Positions 53,845 through 64,000 of a DNA stretch of 64,000 nucleotides are shown here, piece after piece. The first letter of the stretch is position 1; each line of letters opens with the position of its first letter. Location of the stretch: contig CAWHCF010000049.1 in the NCBI GenBank assembly GCA_963827655.1, positions 64,001-128,000 of the forward strand, written 5' to 3'. The notes beneath the pieces were generated by a model that was not told the origin of the DNA, did no database searches, and worked only from the letters and a program-made list of their open reading frames with translations. This stretch comes from an uncultured Acidobacteriota bacterium (GTDB taxonomy: Bacteria > Acidobacteriota > UBA6911). Made by a program: the position numbers and the translations under genes.

Positions 53845-54157
53845 CCGCAACTGAAACAATGCCCCGAATGCCGCGGATTTTCCAGACATGTCAACAGAGC
53901 ACATCTATATCCGGTCCGAATACCGAAGCTGCAGATATAATCGTCTTGCTTCTATACCATCTGATATCCGACGCCGAGTTTCCGGGGGGCTGATATTCCA
54001 AATCGCCATCGAGACATAGTTCCGAGATGATCGGGGCGGAACCAGTAATCCATCGGTACTCGACTTGGTTGCGGCACATCGTTTCATCAGGCGGACGTTG
54101 ATTTCCTCAATGGCAGTTCCGAAGATCAATCTCGTAACGGATGACCGAGAGTAACTT

Positions 54158-54328
54158 CCTCCTCGGAATGCCAGACAGATTCATTCCTACCACCATCGCC
54201 GTCGAACGGAATGTCGCAATATCCGTGTAAAATGCGTACACTCGTCGTACGGTTTTCGGCCCTCACTTCGGTCCGGTTGTCGTATCTTGAGGAATCCAAT
54301 TTGGATTCATGTTGGATGGCCGATTGCT
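54158..54328. promoter_or_regulatory. Bidirectional sigma54 cassette (site C); left promoter lacks its -12 box
   Basis: Tandem motif at 54225-54262; plus strand TTGGATGGCCGATTGCT at 54312-54328; minus strand TGGCA at 54169-54173. Confidence 0.65.
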
Positions 54329-54349
54329 TTGCTGGGGTGAATGCAATCA

Positions 54350-55806
54350 ATGCGATTTCCAAGAGTCGTTGCGGCACAGAAACTGCAAACCTGGTTGCTG
54401 GTCACCGCACTGGTTGCCGTCTTCTTGACGGGCGTACTGGTAGTGGACCTGACGCGCAACCTGCGAACGGTGGTCATCAGCGAAGCAAACAAGGCACTCG
54501 CCAATGCGGTGAAGGAACTGGGGCAATCAGGGCGCGAGCTGGGAGAGCGTTCGCAAGTACCGTCCACTATCAAAAGAACTTGTTGACCGCGAACTGCGTC
54601 CAATCTCCTACGAGGTGCTGCGCTCTTATCTCGATGTCGAGGGGGGATTTCTTCTGAACGAAGATGTTGTCGGGCACAGCTTCCCGCCCTACACAGAACC
54701 CGGGAGCAGCCTGCTCCAGCCGCCGGTGGAGCATCGAGAGGTGTTGGCCGCTTTGGCCGAGAGCCGACGCACCGGCCACGTTGCCAACCGCGTGGTGCAG
54801 GATCAAAATGATCTGGTGCTGGTTGCGGTGCTGGCGAGTCCGACCAGTGAACTGTCGGCCTGGAGTCTGCGTCGCATCTTCAATTTCAGTGACTCCAGCG
54901 AACTGAACAAACGGCTGCTTCTGGTTGCCGCAATGGTTGTTTCGTTGATCGCCATCGGCGCCGTGCTGCGCTTGAGCTTCAGCCTTCAGCGAGGATTCGA
55001 AGTCATTCAGGCAGGACTGGAGCGAGCTTCGAACTGACCCCAAGTATCGGCTTCCGGACCAGGACCACGAACTGCGGACCATCGTTCAGGCAATCAATAC
55101 GATGGCGGAGAGTCGGCAGAAACTCGAGGCCGATCTACGGCGAGAGGATCGTCTCCGGGTCATGGGGAGAGTGGTAGCGGGCATCGCCCACGAAATCCGA
55201 AACCCCCTCAACAGCATTCGCCTGACAATCCGGGTGCTGGCCAGGCGTCTGAAGGGCCAGCCCTCGGCCGAGGAGCCAATCAATCTCATTACGAACGAGA
55301 TCGATCGCCTGGACTCTTTGCTGAAAAGCATGCTGGTTTTCCGCGCCGACGAGCCGGAGAAGGAACGCCGGCAACCGTTGAAGCCACTTCTCGAGCGAAC
55401 GCTGGCCCTCGTCAAGCCCCACGCCGAGGATAACAGGGTCACCTTCCGGGTCACGGCTCCGTCTGAGTGTGAAGCCCTTGTGGATGGCGACCATCTACAA
55501 CAGGCTCTCATGAACCTGCTTCTCAACGCGATCGACGCCTCGGGCAACAGTGGAGAGGTGGATGTCTCAATGCGGACCGTCGATGGCTATGTGGAAATCG
55601 ACGTCGAAGACAGCGGGCCCGGTCTCACGCCCGAGCAACAGGAAAGAATCTTCGAAGCCTTCTATACCACGAAAATGGGTGGCACCGGTCTCGGGCTGGC
55701 GGTGACAAAAGCATTGCTAGAGAAGATGGGCGCGAAAATCGAGTCCCGAAACGGTTCCCGAGGGGCCCGCTTCCGTGTTCAGCTGCCGGTGGGAAAGGAA
55801 GCATGA
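54350..55806 (+). CDS. Membrane sensor histidine kinase (ZraS/AtoS-like); frameshifts near 54580 and 55030
   Basis: Two TM segments across three ORF pieces; AHEIRNPL, NLLLNAIDA, DSGPG and GTGLGL motifs. Confidence 0.85.
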
Positions 55807-57152
55807 AAGCACGCGTGCTGATCGTAGAAGACGAAAAGACGGCTTGCCAGGCCCTCTCGCTACTGCTGTCCGACGAAGGCTACAAGGTCCTGAAAGCGGA
55901 AACGGGCGAAGCGGGATTGCGCGTCGCGCTCCAGGAAGAACCCGATTTGATCCTGCTGGACATTCGCCTGCCTGATGTCGACGGGCTCACGGTCCTGCAG
56001 CGGGTGCGCGCCGCGTATTGCGACGCCGCCGTAATCATCATGACCGCCAATACGACAAGCAGTAACGCGATCCGAGCGACGCAATACGGTGCTTTCGACT
56101 ATGTCTCAAAACCCATCAATGACGAGCATCTGATTCTGCTGATCCAGCGAGCCCTCGAGTACCGGAAACTCGAAAAGGAAGTCCGCAGCCTCCGGCAAGT
56201 GCCAGGCCAGGCGCCCAGTATTCCTGGGATGGTCGGGCACAGCCTGGCGATGCAGGAAGTTTATAAGATGATCGGCCGAGTCGCCAATTCCGACGCCACG
56301 GTGCTGATCATCGGAGAATCGGGCACCGGAAAAGAGCTGGTGGCGAACGCAATCCACGAGTTCAGCGCGCGTGCCCAGGGACCGCTGGTCAAGGTCAACT
56401 GCGCCGCCATTCCCGAAGACCTCCTGGAGGCGGAGTTGTTCGGCCATGAAAAGGGCGCGTTCACGAACGCCCTGTCGCGCAGAGTCGGGCGGTTCGAACA
56501 GGCACACGGGGGCACGTTGTTTCTCGACGAGGTCGCTGAACTGTCACCCAGCCTTCAAGCCAAACTCCTGCGTGCGACTCAGGAGCGGACGGTCGAGCGG
56601 CTTGGTAGCAATTCCCCCATCTCCGTTGACTTCCGGCTCATCACGGCGACGGCCCAGGATCTGAACGAGGCGGTTGCAACTGGCCGCTTTCGGGAAGATC
56701 TCTACTACCGATTGAACGTCGTGACGCTCCCTGTTCCTCCGCTGCGCGCGCGCCGTGAAGACATCCCACTTCTGGTCCAGCGGTTCCTCAGCCGCTCTGA
56801 GCGTCCGGTCACAATTCGTCAGGACGCCCTGGAGCGGATCATGGCTCACGACTGGCCGGGCAATGTTCGCGAACTCGAAAACGTGATTACCGGGGCGATC
56901 GTTCTGGCTCCCGGGGGCATCGTCACGTCGGAGTGCATTCAGTTCCCGCAGCGCACCGCCGGAGCTACTCCAAGCTGGCTCGATCTGGTTCCCTATCGCG
57001 ATGGCTATTGGAATGTGATCCGCAAGGTCGAAGCCCGGTTGCTGCGTGCCGCGGTGCAGGACGCAAAAGGGAACAAGGCAGAGGCCGCACGTATTCTCGG
57101 GATCCAAAGACGTCTGCTTTACGAGAAAATGGCGGAGTTTGGATTAAACTGA
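55803..57152 (+). CDS. Sigma54-dependent response regulator (NtrC/ZraR/AtoC family)
   Basis: REC domain, GESGTGKE, GAFTNA loop, WPGNVREL and Fis-type HTH. Confidence 0.95.
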   Translation: MKARVLIVEDEKTACQALSLLLSDEGYKVLKAETGEAGLRVALQEEPDLILLDIRLPDVDGLTVLQRVRAAYCDAAVIIMTANTTSSNAIRATQYGAFDYVSKPINDEHLILLIQRALEYRKLEKEVRSLRQVPGQAPSIPGMVGHSLAMQEVYKMIGRVANSDATVLIIGESGTGKELVANAIHEFSARAQGPLVKVNCAAIPEDLLEAELFGHEKGAFTNALSRRVGRFEQAHGGTLFLDEVAELSPSLQAKLLRATQERTVERLGSNSPISVDFRLITATAQDLNEAVATGRFREDLYYRLNVVTLPVPPLRARREDIPLLVQRFLSRSERPVTIRQDALERIMAHDWPGNVRELENVITGAIVLAPGGIVTSECIQFPQRTAGATPSWLDLVPYRDGYWNVIRKVEARLLRAAVQDAKGNKAEAARILGIQRRLLYEKMAEFGLN

Positions 57153-57186
57153 GGGGACTTCGCGTCCATGGCCAAAAACTTGACTG

Positions 57187-57456
57187 TCACCGTGTTGCCG
57201 GACCATATCCGAGCGAGATCAGCCAGGTAATAATTGTGATGAAGGCCACGACAAGGCCGACGATTACCCAGACCACGGTAGCCGGCCCTTCAGATGAGCC
57301 TCGTCTATGCTGGACGAGTTTGACCGGTTGGGCTGTCGGCCTGGAGGACGGAGCCGGTTGTTCTTCGGCTGCAGGAGAAGCGCCCGGAGCGACGGCATCC
57401 ACCTTGCCGCCACGCAGTCGCCGTCCTCTGCGGCTCCGTCCTGCTTTCTTCTTCAT
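57187..57456 (-). CDS. Small protein with basic N-terminus and C-terminal TM helix
   Basis: ATG overlaps the corA stop; clear hydrophobic helix. Confidence 0.55.
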   Translation of the reverse strand: MKKKAGRSRRGRRLRGGKVDAVAPGASPAAEEQPAPSSRPTAQPVKLVQHRRGSSEGPATVVWVIVGLVVAFITIITWLISLGYGPATR

Positions 57457-58422
57457 AGCCATTTGATTTTGCGAAAGTAGTGATAAATGGAAAGCCCGAT
57501 TATCAGCATGCCCCCAAGCGTCGCGACGTAGGCATATTTCCATCTCAGCTCAGGCATGACGTCGAAGTTCATGCCGTAGATGCCGGCGATGAGCGTGACC
57601 GACATCAGGATCGTCGAGATCGATGTCAATCGTTTCATGACCATGTTCATGCGATTGCCCGAGATCGAAAGATAGGCGTCCATCGTCGAACCCAGCATGT
57701 CGCGCAGGGTATCGATAGTGTCAGCGACACGAATCAGATGATCGAACACATCCTGGAAATAGATGTGGGTCTCACGCGAGAAGATCGGTTGCTCCCGCCG
57801 CAGGAGCGTGTTAAACACATCGCGCAACGGAGTCACGGAACGGCGTAAAAAGAGTAATTCCTTCTTGATATGGAAGATCTCCTCGATGGCCTCGGCTCGA
57901 AATTCGACGAAGATCTGATCCTCGAGATCATCCATCCGGTCCGAAAGCTTGTCGAGCAGCGGCATGTAGTCATCTACGATCGCATCAATCAGCAGGTAGG
58001 AGAGTAACCCGGTGCCCCTATCCGCCAGGTCCGTCCACTCGCGCCAGAGCCGTTCAGCTGTCTCGAGTCGCGCGAATGGGCCGGCTGTGGACAGTAACCA
58101 GATAATTCTCCCCCAGAAAGATATTCAGCTCCCTCAAATCGAGGTCTCTTTCCTCGGTCAGCTCCGCCTCATAAAGGACGATGAAATAGTATCCCGGAAA
58201 CTCTTCGACCTTTGGCCGCTGATGTGGATGCCGGCAATCTTCTATCGAGAGTGGATGCAAACCAAACTCGGCAGCCAAATCCTCGAAATCCTGGCTGGTC
58301 GGATTGGCAACATCCACCCATAGAATCTTGTCTGGAGAGCCGCAAAGATCACTGATCTTCTCGGTGGGGCAGTCAGTCGTGAATGTCCTCGAGGTACGAT
58401 CAAGCACCAGTGTTTTGATCAT
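57453..58422 (-). CDS. corA: CorA Mg2+/Co2+ transporter; frameshifted near 58067
   Basis: [19 protein letters not shown] and MPEL motifs. Confidence 0.92.
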
Positions 58423-58599
58423 TTCGCCAACCTCACTTGGAAGTTAAGAAGCTCGGAACGAACCTGCTTCGGCGCGTTCAGCACCGATTCTTTGACAAGG
58501 CCTCGGGGTTTGTCAAACTGCGCTCGGAGGGGGCGGCCCCTCGTCTTGTCCCTGTCGTCACACCTCGCTTCGGACTGGCAGAACTCGCCCTCCTCACCC

Positions 58600-58615
58600 T
58601 GGCACTTGAATTGCT
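58600..58615 (+). promoter_or_regulatory. Near-consensus sigma54 promoter upstream of the M16 gene
   Basis: TGGCAC-TTGAA-TTGCT. Confidence 0.7.
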
Positions 58616-58764
58616 TTGGTACAGCCCGATAGATTCTGGAAGTCAGATTGCGCATCGAGCTGTCGGAGGCCGTCCGGATTGACCAATCGCGGGATCGGGG
58701 TCCGTTGAGTTTTGAAGTACCGTGTGATAGCCTTCCCGAGCCTTCGGGCCTTGTGAGCTGAATC

Positions 58765-60143
58765 ATGAGCTTGACACGCTTGCTGTGTATCGCCGCTGCT
58801 TTTTTGTGGATTCCTGGCCCCCGAATCGGGTTCCGCGCGCCTGGCCCTGTCCGCGGCCTCCTGGCAGAAGCCTGCGGTGTTGCCGGCAGTGTCCCATAAG
58901 CGCTTGCTGAACGACTTGCAGGTCGTAGTTGCGTCCACGCCTCACCTGGGGGATTCGATGACGATCGGCCTGGTGACGCGCTACGGTTCGATCTACGATC
59001 CCGCCGAGAAAGGAGGACTGGCTCATCTCGTTTCCCGAATGTTTATGACCGCGAGCCAGGAGAGGACAGCGAAGGACCTTCAGGATGACATCAACCTTCT
59101 GGGCGTCAGCATCGAGGTTCGCTGCGACTGGGACGGAGTCCGTTTTGTTCTGCGAGGTCAGAGTTCCAAGTTTGAACGCTCGCTGTTGCTGCTATACCAG
59201 GTGGTGGGCGAGGCGCTCTTCACGGAAGAGGCTTTCACCAGAGTGAAGCGCGAGATAATTCAGGAGATGGAAAAGCCCGAAGATCCGCGGCAGCGAATTC
59301 GTTCCCGCTTTGAAACGGCTCTCTTTCACGGGACCAGCTACGGGCGGCAGCTTCGAGGGACGAAAGCCTCGCTGGAAAACATCTCGATGGGAGATGTTCG
59401 CGTTTTCTACCGGCGTTACTTCTCGCCCCACGCATCCACGCTGGTAGTCGTGGGCTCGGCGCCGCCGGAACAGGTGCAGCAGAAAGCCACGCGGATCTGG
59501 GGTGTCTGGGTTCGTGGTGATGACGTGCCCTTTACCTTTCTGCCGCCGCGAAGTCCTTCGTCGAAAATGATCACGCTCGAAGATGAGCCTGCCTCTCCGG
59601 CGGCGCAATTCGTCCTCGGAAATCTCTGGCCGCGGCGGGAGGATCCCGCTTTCATGGTCGCGGGCCTGGCCGCCAGATCTCTTCAGGAACGGCTGACGCG
59701 GATCCTGCCCACGTCCCTGGTTACGGTAGGTTTCGAAGGACGTCGCATGCCGGGACCGTTTTACATTCAGGGACAGGCTGCGGCAGATCAGGCCGTCTCC
59801 GAAATCAAGAAAGTGCTCGAGGTGGTGGAAGAGTTTCGGAATGCAGGGATGTCGCCGGATGAGCTGGCAGGCGTCCAGAAACAGCTGGATCGAAGAGTTT
59901 CACAAAACACTCGAGTCAACCGAGACGCTTTGCAACGTGCTGCTGGATGCGGAGCTCTACCGTCTCGGAAACAACTACGCTTCAAACTTCGCCGAGGTCG
60001 TCAAGCGCAATAACCCGGACAAGGTGAAGGAAGCCGCCAAGGAGTGGATTTTTCCCGGGGGAGTCCTCATCTATGTTCGAGGTCCCGCCCTCACCTTGAG
60101 GTCTGATCTGGAATCGCTCGGTCCCGTGCGTCCTGCTTCGTAG
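58765..60143 (+). CDS. Secreted M16 (pitrilysin)-family protein, non-catalytic type; frameshifts near 58800 and 59885
   Basis: GSIYDP.EKGGLAHLVSRM lacks HxxEH; removing one T from the T6 run restores a signal peptide from ATG 58765. Confidence 0.8.
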
Positions 60144-60347
60144 ACAATGCGCGCTCCGGAGCCTTCGGGGTTTTGCTGATTGCATGAAAAACTCACACGA
60201 AGCCGCGAAGGCCCAATGCCTTGGGCGAGAATATAGAACGCGGTTCCGACCGGTACGTATAATGAGCTAGGGGCCACCCCTGGGCTCTCGCAATGGGACG
60301 CCGCGCTCTGGTATAATCGCTAACAATTTTGGGGGCGGTTTCCGGGG

Positions 60348-61181
60348 ATGTCTGAGTCGATGAGGCGGACAAGAACCAAGAAAGATCTGATCATCGTAGC
60401 TGTGACGGTTGGGGTCCTCGGATGGATTGGGATTCTGGTGGGCGCGGATGCAACTCCCAAGTTTCTCCGCAGGCCGACCAGGGACTCAGAGACCCAGCGC
60501 GTGGTTCCATTCCTGAGTAAAGAGCCGGAGTTTACCTTCGTTCGAGCTGTCTACAATGGCCTCGGGGGTTGGGGATACTACAAGAGCTGGGCGACAGACT
60601 GGCCGAAAGCCGACCGGCAGTTCATCCTCGGTGTGAAGCGTCTGACCAACATCAAGATTGCTGACGAAGAGAAGACGGTTCCACTGACCGACCTGGAGAT
60701 TTTTCGTTATCCTTTCCTTTATGCGGTTGAAGTCGGCCACATGGACCTGTCGGATGCGGAGGCGAGTTCGCTGAGAGAATATCTTCGACGAGGCGGTTTT
60801 CTCTTCTGCGATGATTTCTGGGGAAGCTGGGAGTGGGAGAATTTTCAACAGAACATCAACAAGGTGCTGCCGGGGAGCCAGATTGTTGAACTTCCCCTGA
60901 GCCATCCTATTTTCCACTGTTACTACGATATTCCTCAGATCTTGCAGGTCCCCAATGTTGGGAATGCCCTTTACCGTGACATCACCTACGAGCAGGATGG
61001 ATACGTCCCGCACTGCCGCGCCATTTTCAATGAAGCCGGCAGGCTCATGGTGGTTATCAATTGGAATACGGACATATGCGATGCCTTGGAATGGGCGGAT
61101 CTCCCGGGATATCCAGCCAAGTATTCCACGTATGCTTATCAGATGGTGATCAACTCGATTATTTATGCCATGAGCCACTAA
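60348..61181 (+). CDS. DUF4159 protein
   Basis: WATDWPKAD, YPFLYAVEVG, LREYL.RGGFL.CDDFWG and HPIFH motifs. Confidence 0.9.
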   Translation: MSESMRRTRTKKDLIIVAVTVGVLGWIGILVGADATPKFLRRPTRDSETQRVVPFLSKEPEFTFVRAVYNGLGGWGYYKSWATDWPKADRQFILGVKRLTNIKIADEEKTVPLTDLEIFRYPFLYAVEVGHMDLSDAEASSLREYLRRGGFLFCDDFWGSWEWENFQQNINKVLPGSQIVELPLSHPIFHCYYDIPQILQVPNVGNALYRDITYEQDGYVPHCRAIFNEAGRLMVVINWNTDICDALEWADLPGYPAKYSTYAYQMVINSIIYAMSH

Positions 61182-61286
61182 CGCACTCACACCCTTCCAC
61201 GCAGGGGCGAATTCAGACCGACAGCTCAACCCGCTTGCGATCAGTTGGAAGGGAGGAGCGGCGCCCCTCGAGATTTCGGCAGCGTA

Positions 61287-63588
61287 ATGAGCGCCATTTT
61301 TGAGTTCTTGTTCAAGTATCGTCCTGTCCTGTTCGAAAAAGGGACACTGGCGATTCATCCGCCCTGGCCCGCTTACGTCTCATGGATACTTGCGGGTCTT
61401 GCTGTGCTCGGCACCTATCTGATCTATCGGCGCGCGGCAGGGGCCCTCCCGGGTCAGTGGCGTTTTACTCTGGTTGCCCTGCGCGCGCTTGCGCTTCTGA
61501 TTCTGCTGGTAATCTTCCTCCAGCCGGTATTGGTCCTCCACTCCGTCATCCCTCAAAAGAGCTTCGTAGCGGTGGCTTATGATGTGAGCAAGAGCATGGA
61601 AATACGCGACGGCGAGGAAGGTCAGTCGCGCCTGGAAATCGAGAAGCATCTGCTGAAGCCGGCCGGGAATTCTTTTCTCAACGAACTCGAGAAGAAATTC
61701 AAGGTTCGATTTTTCCGCTTCTCCGGCTCGGCGGAGCGGGTTCAGGGCTTTGAAGATCTGCCCCGTCACGGAAACGTTACCAGTCTGGAGCGGACCTTGA
61801 ACCAGGTTGTGGCCGAGCTGGGGAATGCGCCTGTCTCGGGTGTGGTGCTGATTACCGATGGAGCCGACAACGCCTCGACGAATCTCAAGGCTGCGACCGC
61901 GCAGTTACGCTCGCGCAGCATCCCGGTCTATCCGGTAGGAATCGGCTCCCCGGATTTTTCGCGCGATACGGAGGTAACCCGGGTCAGCACGCCCAAGAAG
62001 GTTTTGAAGGACGCGATGATCGAAGCCGACGTGTCGGTCCGTTCGAAGGGTTACGCAGGTCGCCGCGCGAAATTGACGGTCAAGGAACGGGATCGTCTGG
62101 TTCAGAGCCAGGAGATCGCGCTCGGCAGTGACGGCGAGGTGAAAACCTACAAGGTCAATTTCAGCAGTGAGACTCCAGGGCCGAAGATATTCTCCTTCAG
62201 GGTCGAGCCCTTCCAGGATGAGGTCATTTCGGAAAACAACGATCAGAGTGTCCTGATCCGAGTGGCGGACGAGCAGCCCCAGATTCTTTACACCGAGGGG
62301 GAACCTCGCTGGGAATACGGTTTTCTGCGGCGCGCCGTGAAGGAGGATAAGAATCTGCGGCTTATTACGTTGCTGCGCCAGGCCGACGGAAAGTTCTATC
62401 GCCAGGGCCTTCCGCAGGAAAACCCTTTGATGCTGGAAAAAGGATTTCCCACCGAGAAATCCGAACTCTTCAATTACAAGGCGATTGTTTTTGGCAGTGT
62501 CGAGGCCAGCTTCTTCACCTTCGACCAGCTGCGGCTGGTCTCTGACTTCGTGAGCCAGCGCGGCGGCAGCTTCTTGATGCTGGGTGGGAAGAGTTCCTTC
62601 GGTCAGGGAGGGTACATCAACACCCCGCTTGAGGATCTACTTCCGATCAATCTGCGATTCGGTCAGGGAACTGCCGATGTTCCCGAGTATCAGGATCTCG
62701 AGTACAAACTCCAGCTCACCGGATACGGCTTTTTGCATCCGGTCACCCGTCTCTCTCTCAATGAGGCCGACAACCGCAAACGATGGGAATCCGTGCCCTC
62801 TCTAATCGGGCTCAACCCGACCACGGGAGCAAAGCCCGGGGCAACAATTCTGGCGCAGGGCTCGATTCCGGATACGCGCGGGCAGCGGCCGGTTGTGCTC
62901 GCATTCCAGCGTTTTGGCCGAGGCAAGGCGACGGCGCTGGCCACGGAATCGACCTGGCGCTGGAGAATGGAATTAGACCACAGCGACAACATGCATGAGC
63001 TCTTCTGGAAACAGATGTTGCGCTGGCTGGTCAGCGATGCGCCCGATCCGGTCAATCTGGAAACCGAGAAACACTCCTCCTCCCTGGAGGAAGCGGTGGT
63101 GGTTCGCGCCGAGGTGCACGACAGTGCGTTCCTGCATCTTAATAACGCGCAAGTCACTGCCCGGATCAAGGCGCCTTCGGGACAAGTTACCCAGGTACCT
63201 ATGAACTGGGAGGTGCGCCGCGAAGGCCACTACAGCGCTTCGTACAAACCGCAAGAAGAAGGGATCTACGAGATTTCAGCCGAGGCTCGTTCAAGGAACC
63301 AAGAGCCTGGGGGCGGCGAAGGCCAATTTCCGGATTGCCGAGTCGACAGAGGAGTTTCACAACGCAGCGTTGAATGTCGATCTGCTCAAGAGTCTGGCCT
63401 CGGATACCGGGGGACGCTACTACAGCCACCGCGAAGCGCAGGATCTGGCGGAAGACATCTCTTACGTCGAGAATGGAGCTTCCCGGGTTGAGGAAAAGGA
63501 CCTGTGGGATATGCCGATTCTTTTCCTGCTCCTGGTTGGATTCGTATCGACTGAATGGATGTTGCGCAAACGTAAAGGCATGGCATGA
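61287..63588 (+). CDS. Membrane-anchored VWA + Ig-like + glutamine-amidotransferase-like protein; frameshifted near 63295
   Basis: Two N-terminal TM segments, DVSKS/TDGAD, EG.PRWEY.FLRR, GGSFLMLGG, TWRWR and C-terminal EW.LRKRKG. Confidence 0.85.
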
Positions 63589-63630
63589 ACACCGGCAGAA
63601 TTAACCGCAGAGAGCGCCAGGACGCGAGGA

Positions 63631-64000
63631 ATGAGTGTGGCCTTCGTATCCTTGTGTCTTTGGTTCTTCGTGGTTGCTCCGGCTTCGGCAAGCGATGGGC
63701 CGCGCCATTGGGCGATCCTTGTTTCCGGTGTCTCAGGGGATCCGGAACTGCAAGAGCACTTCTTGAAGCTGACCAGAGATTTCCGGACGTCGCTCGAGGG
63801 GTCGCTGCAGTTTCCTCGCAATCAGATTGTTGTGCTGTTCGATGATCCTGCCAAGGATCCTGAACTGATTCAGCACCAGTCCAGCCGCGAAAATCTGGAA
63901 AAGGTTTGTCGCGACCTGGCGGGACGTGTTGGCAAAGACGACCTGGTGTTTGTCTTTATCATGGGTCATGGGAATTTTGACAGTAAGGGATACAAGCTGA
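63631..64000 (+). CDS. Secreted caspase/legumain-like (clan CD, C13-like) protein, truncated by the window end
   Basis: Manual translation: signal peptide, WAILVSG.SG and DDLVFVFIMGHG (clan CD His-Gly motif); open to the end of the window. Confidence 0.65.
   Translation, partial: MSVAFVSLCLWFFVVAPASASDGPRHWAILVSGVSGDPELQEHFLKLTRDFRTSLEGSLQFPRNQIVVLFDDPAKDPELIQHQSSRENLEKVCRDLAGRVGKDDLVFVFIMGHGNFDSKGYKL

Noticed and set aside
54317-54333. TGGCCGATTGCTTTGC as the sigma54 promoter
   Set aside because: Its spacing is GG-N11-GC; the overlapping GG-N10-GC at 54314-54327 was used instead.
58430-58605. M-box (ykoK) Mg2+ riboswitch upstream of corA
   Set aside because: GGTGAGG and GTGCT flank it at a plausible distance, but the conserved core (AAAAYGUC, CCAAUGGGU) is absent and promoter elements explain the region.

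Overview
This is a gene-dense bacterial chromosome segment of roughly 60% GC. The gene content and repeat types suggest Acidobacteriota (inference). It holds about 48 CDSs, and no rRNA, tRNA, CRISPR array, transposase or phage gene was seen. Housekeeping and envelope genes include lspA, lolA, suhB, uvrC, pgsA, ugd, mpl, tldD/pmbA, corA, nfeD-flotillin, a MacAB-like exporter and an AAA+/VWA pair. About 10 genes are split by small indels, most likely long-read consensus errors. Highlights: (1) a galU-like nucleotidyltransferase, a plant-type glucuronokinase and an ArnA/UXS-like SDR in a row, which looks like a bacterial glucuronate-to-UDP-GlcA salvage route; (2) a 14-kb module (RND efflux, DUF190, binding-protein-less ABC transporter, DUF4019, two-component system) carrying four copies of a tandem GTRCG enhancer-like motif and five intact sigma54-type promoters, with two bidirectional cassettes of matching geometry; (3) dense inverted heptamer and nonamer repeat arrays at gene junctions that supply stop codons and parts of signal peptides, plus MITE- and REP-like elements; (4) two apparent pseudo-peptidases and a small Cys-rich orphan protein. 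All product calls come from motif recognition by eye, not from database searches.
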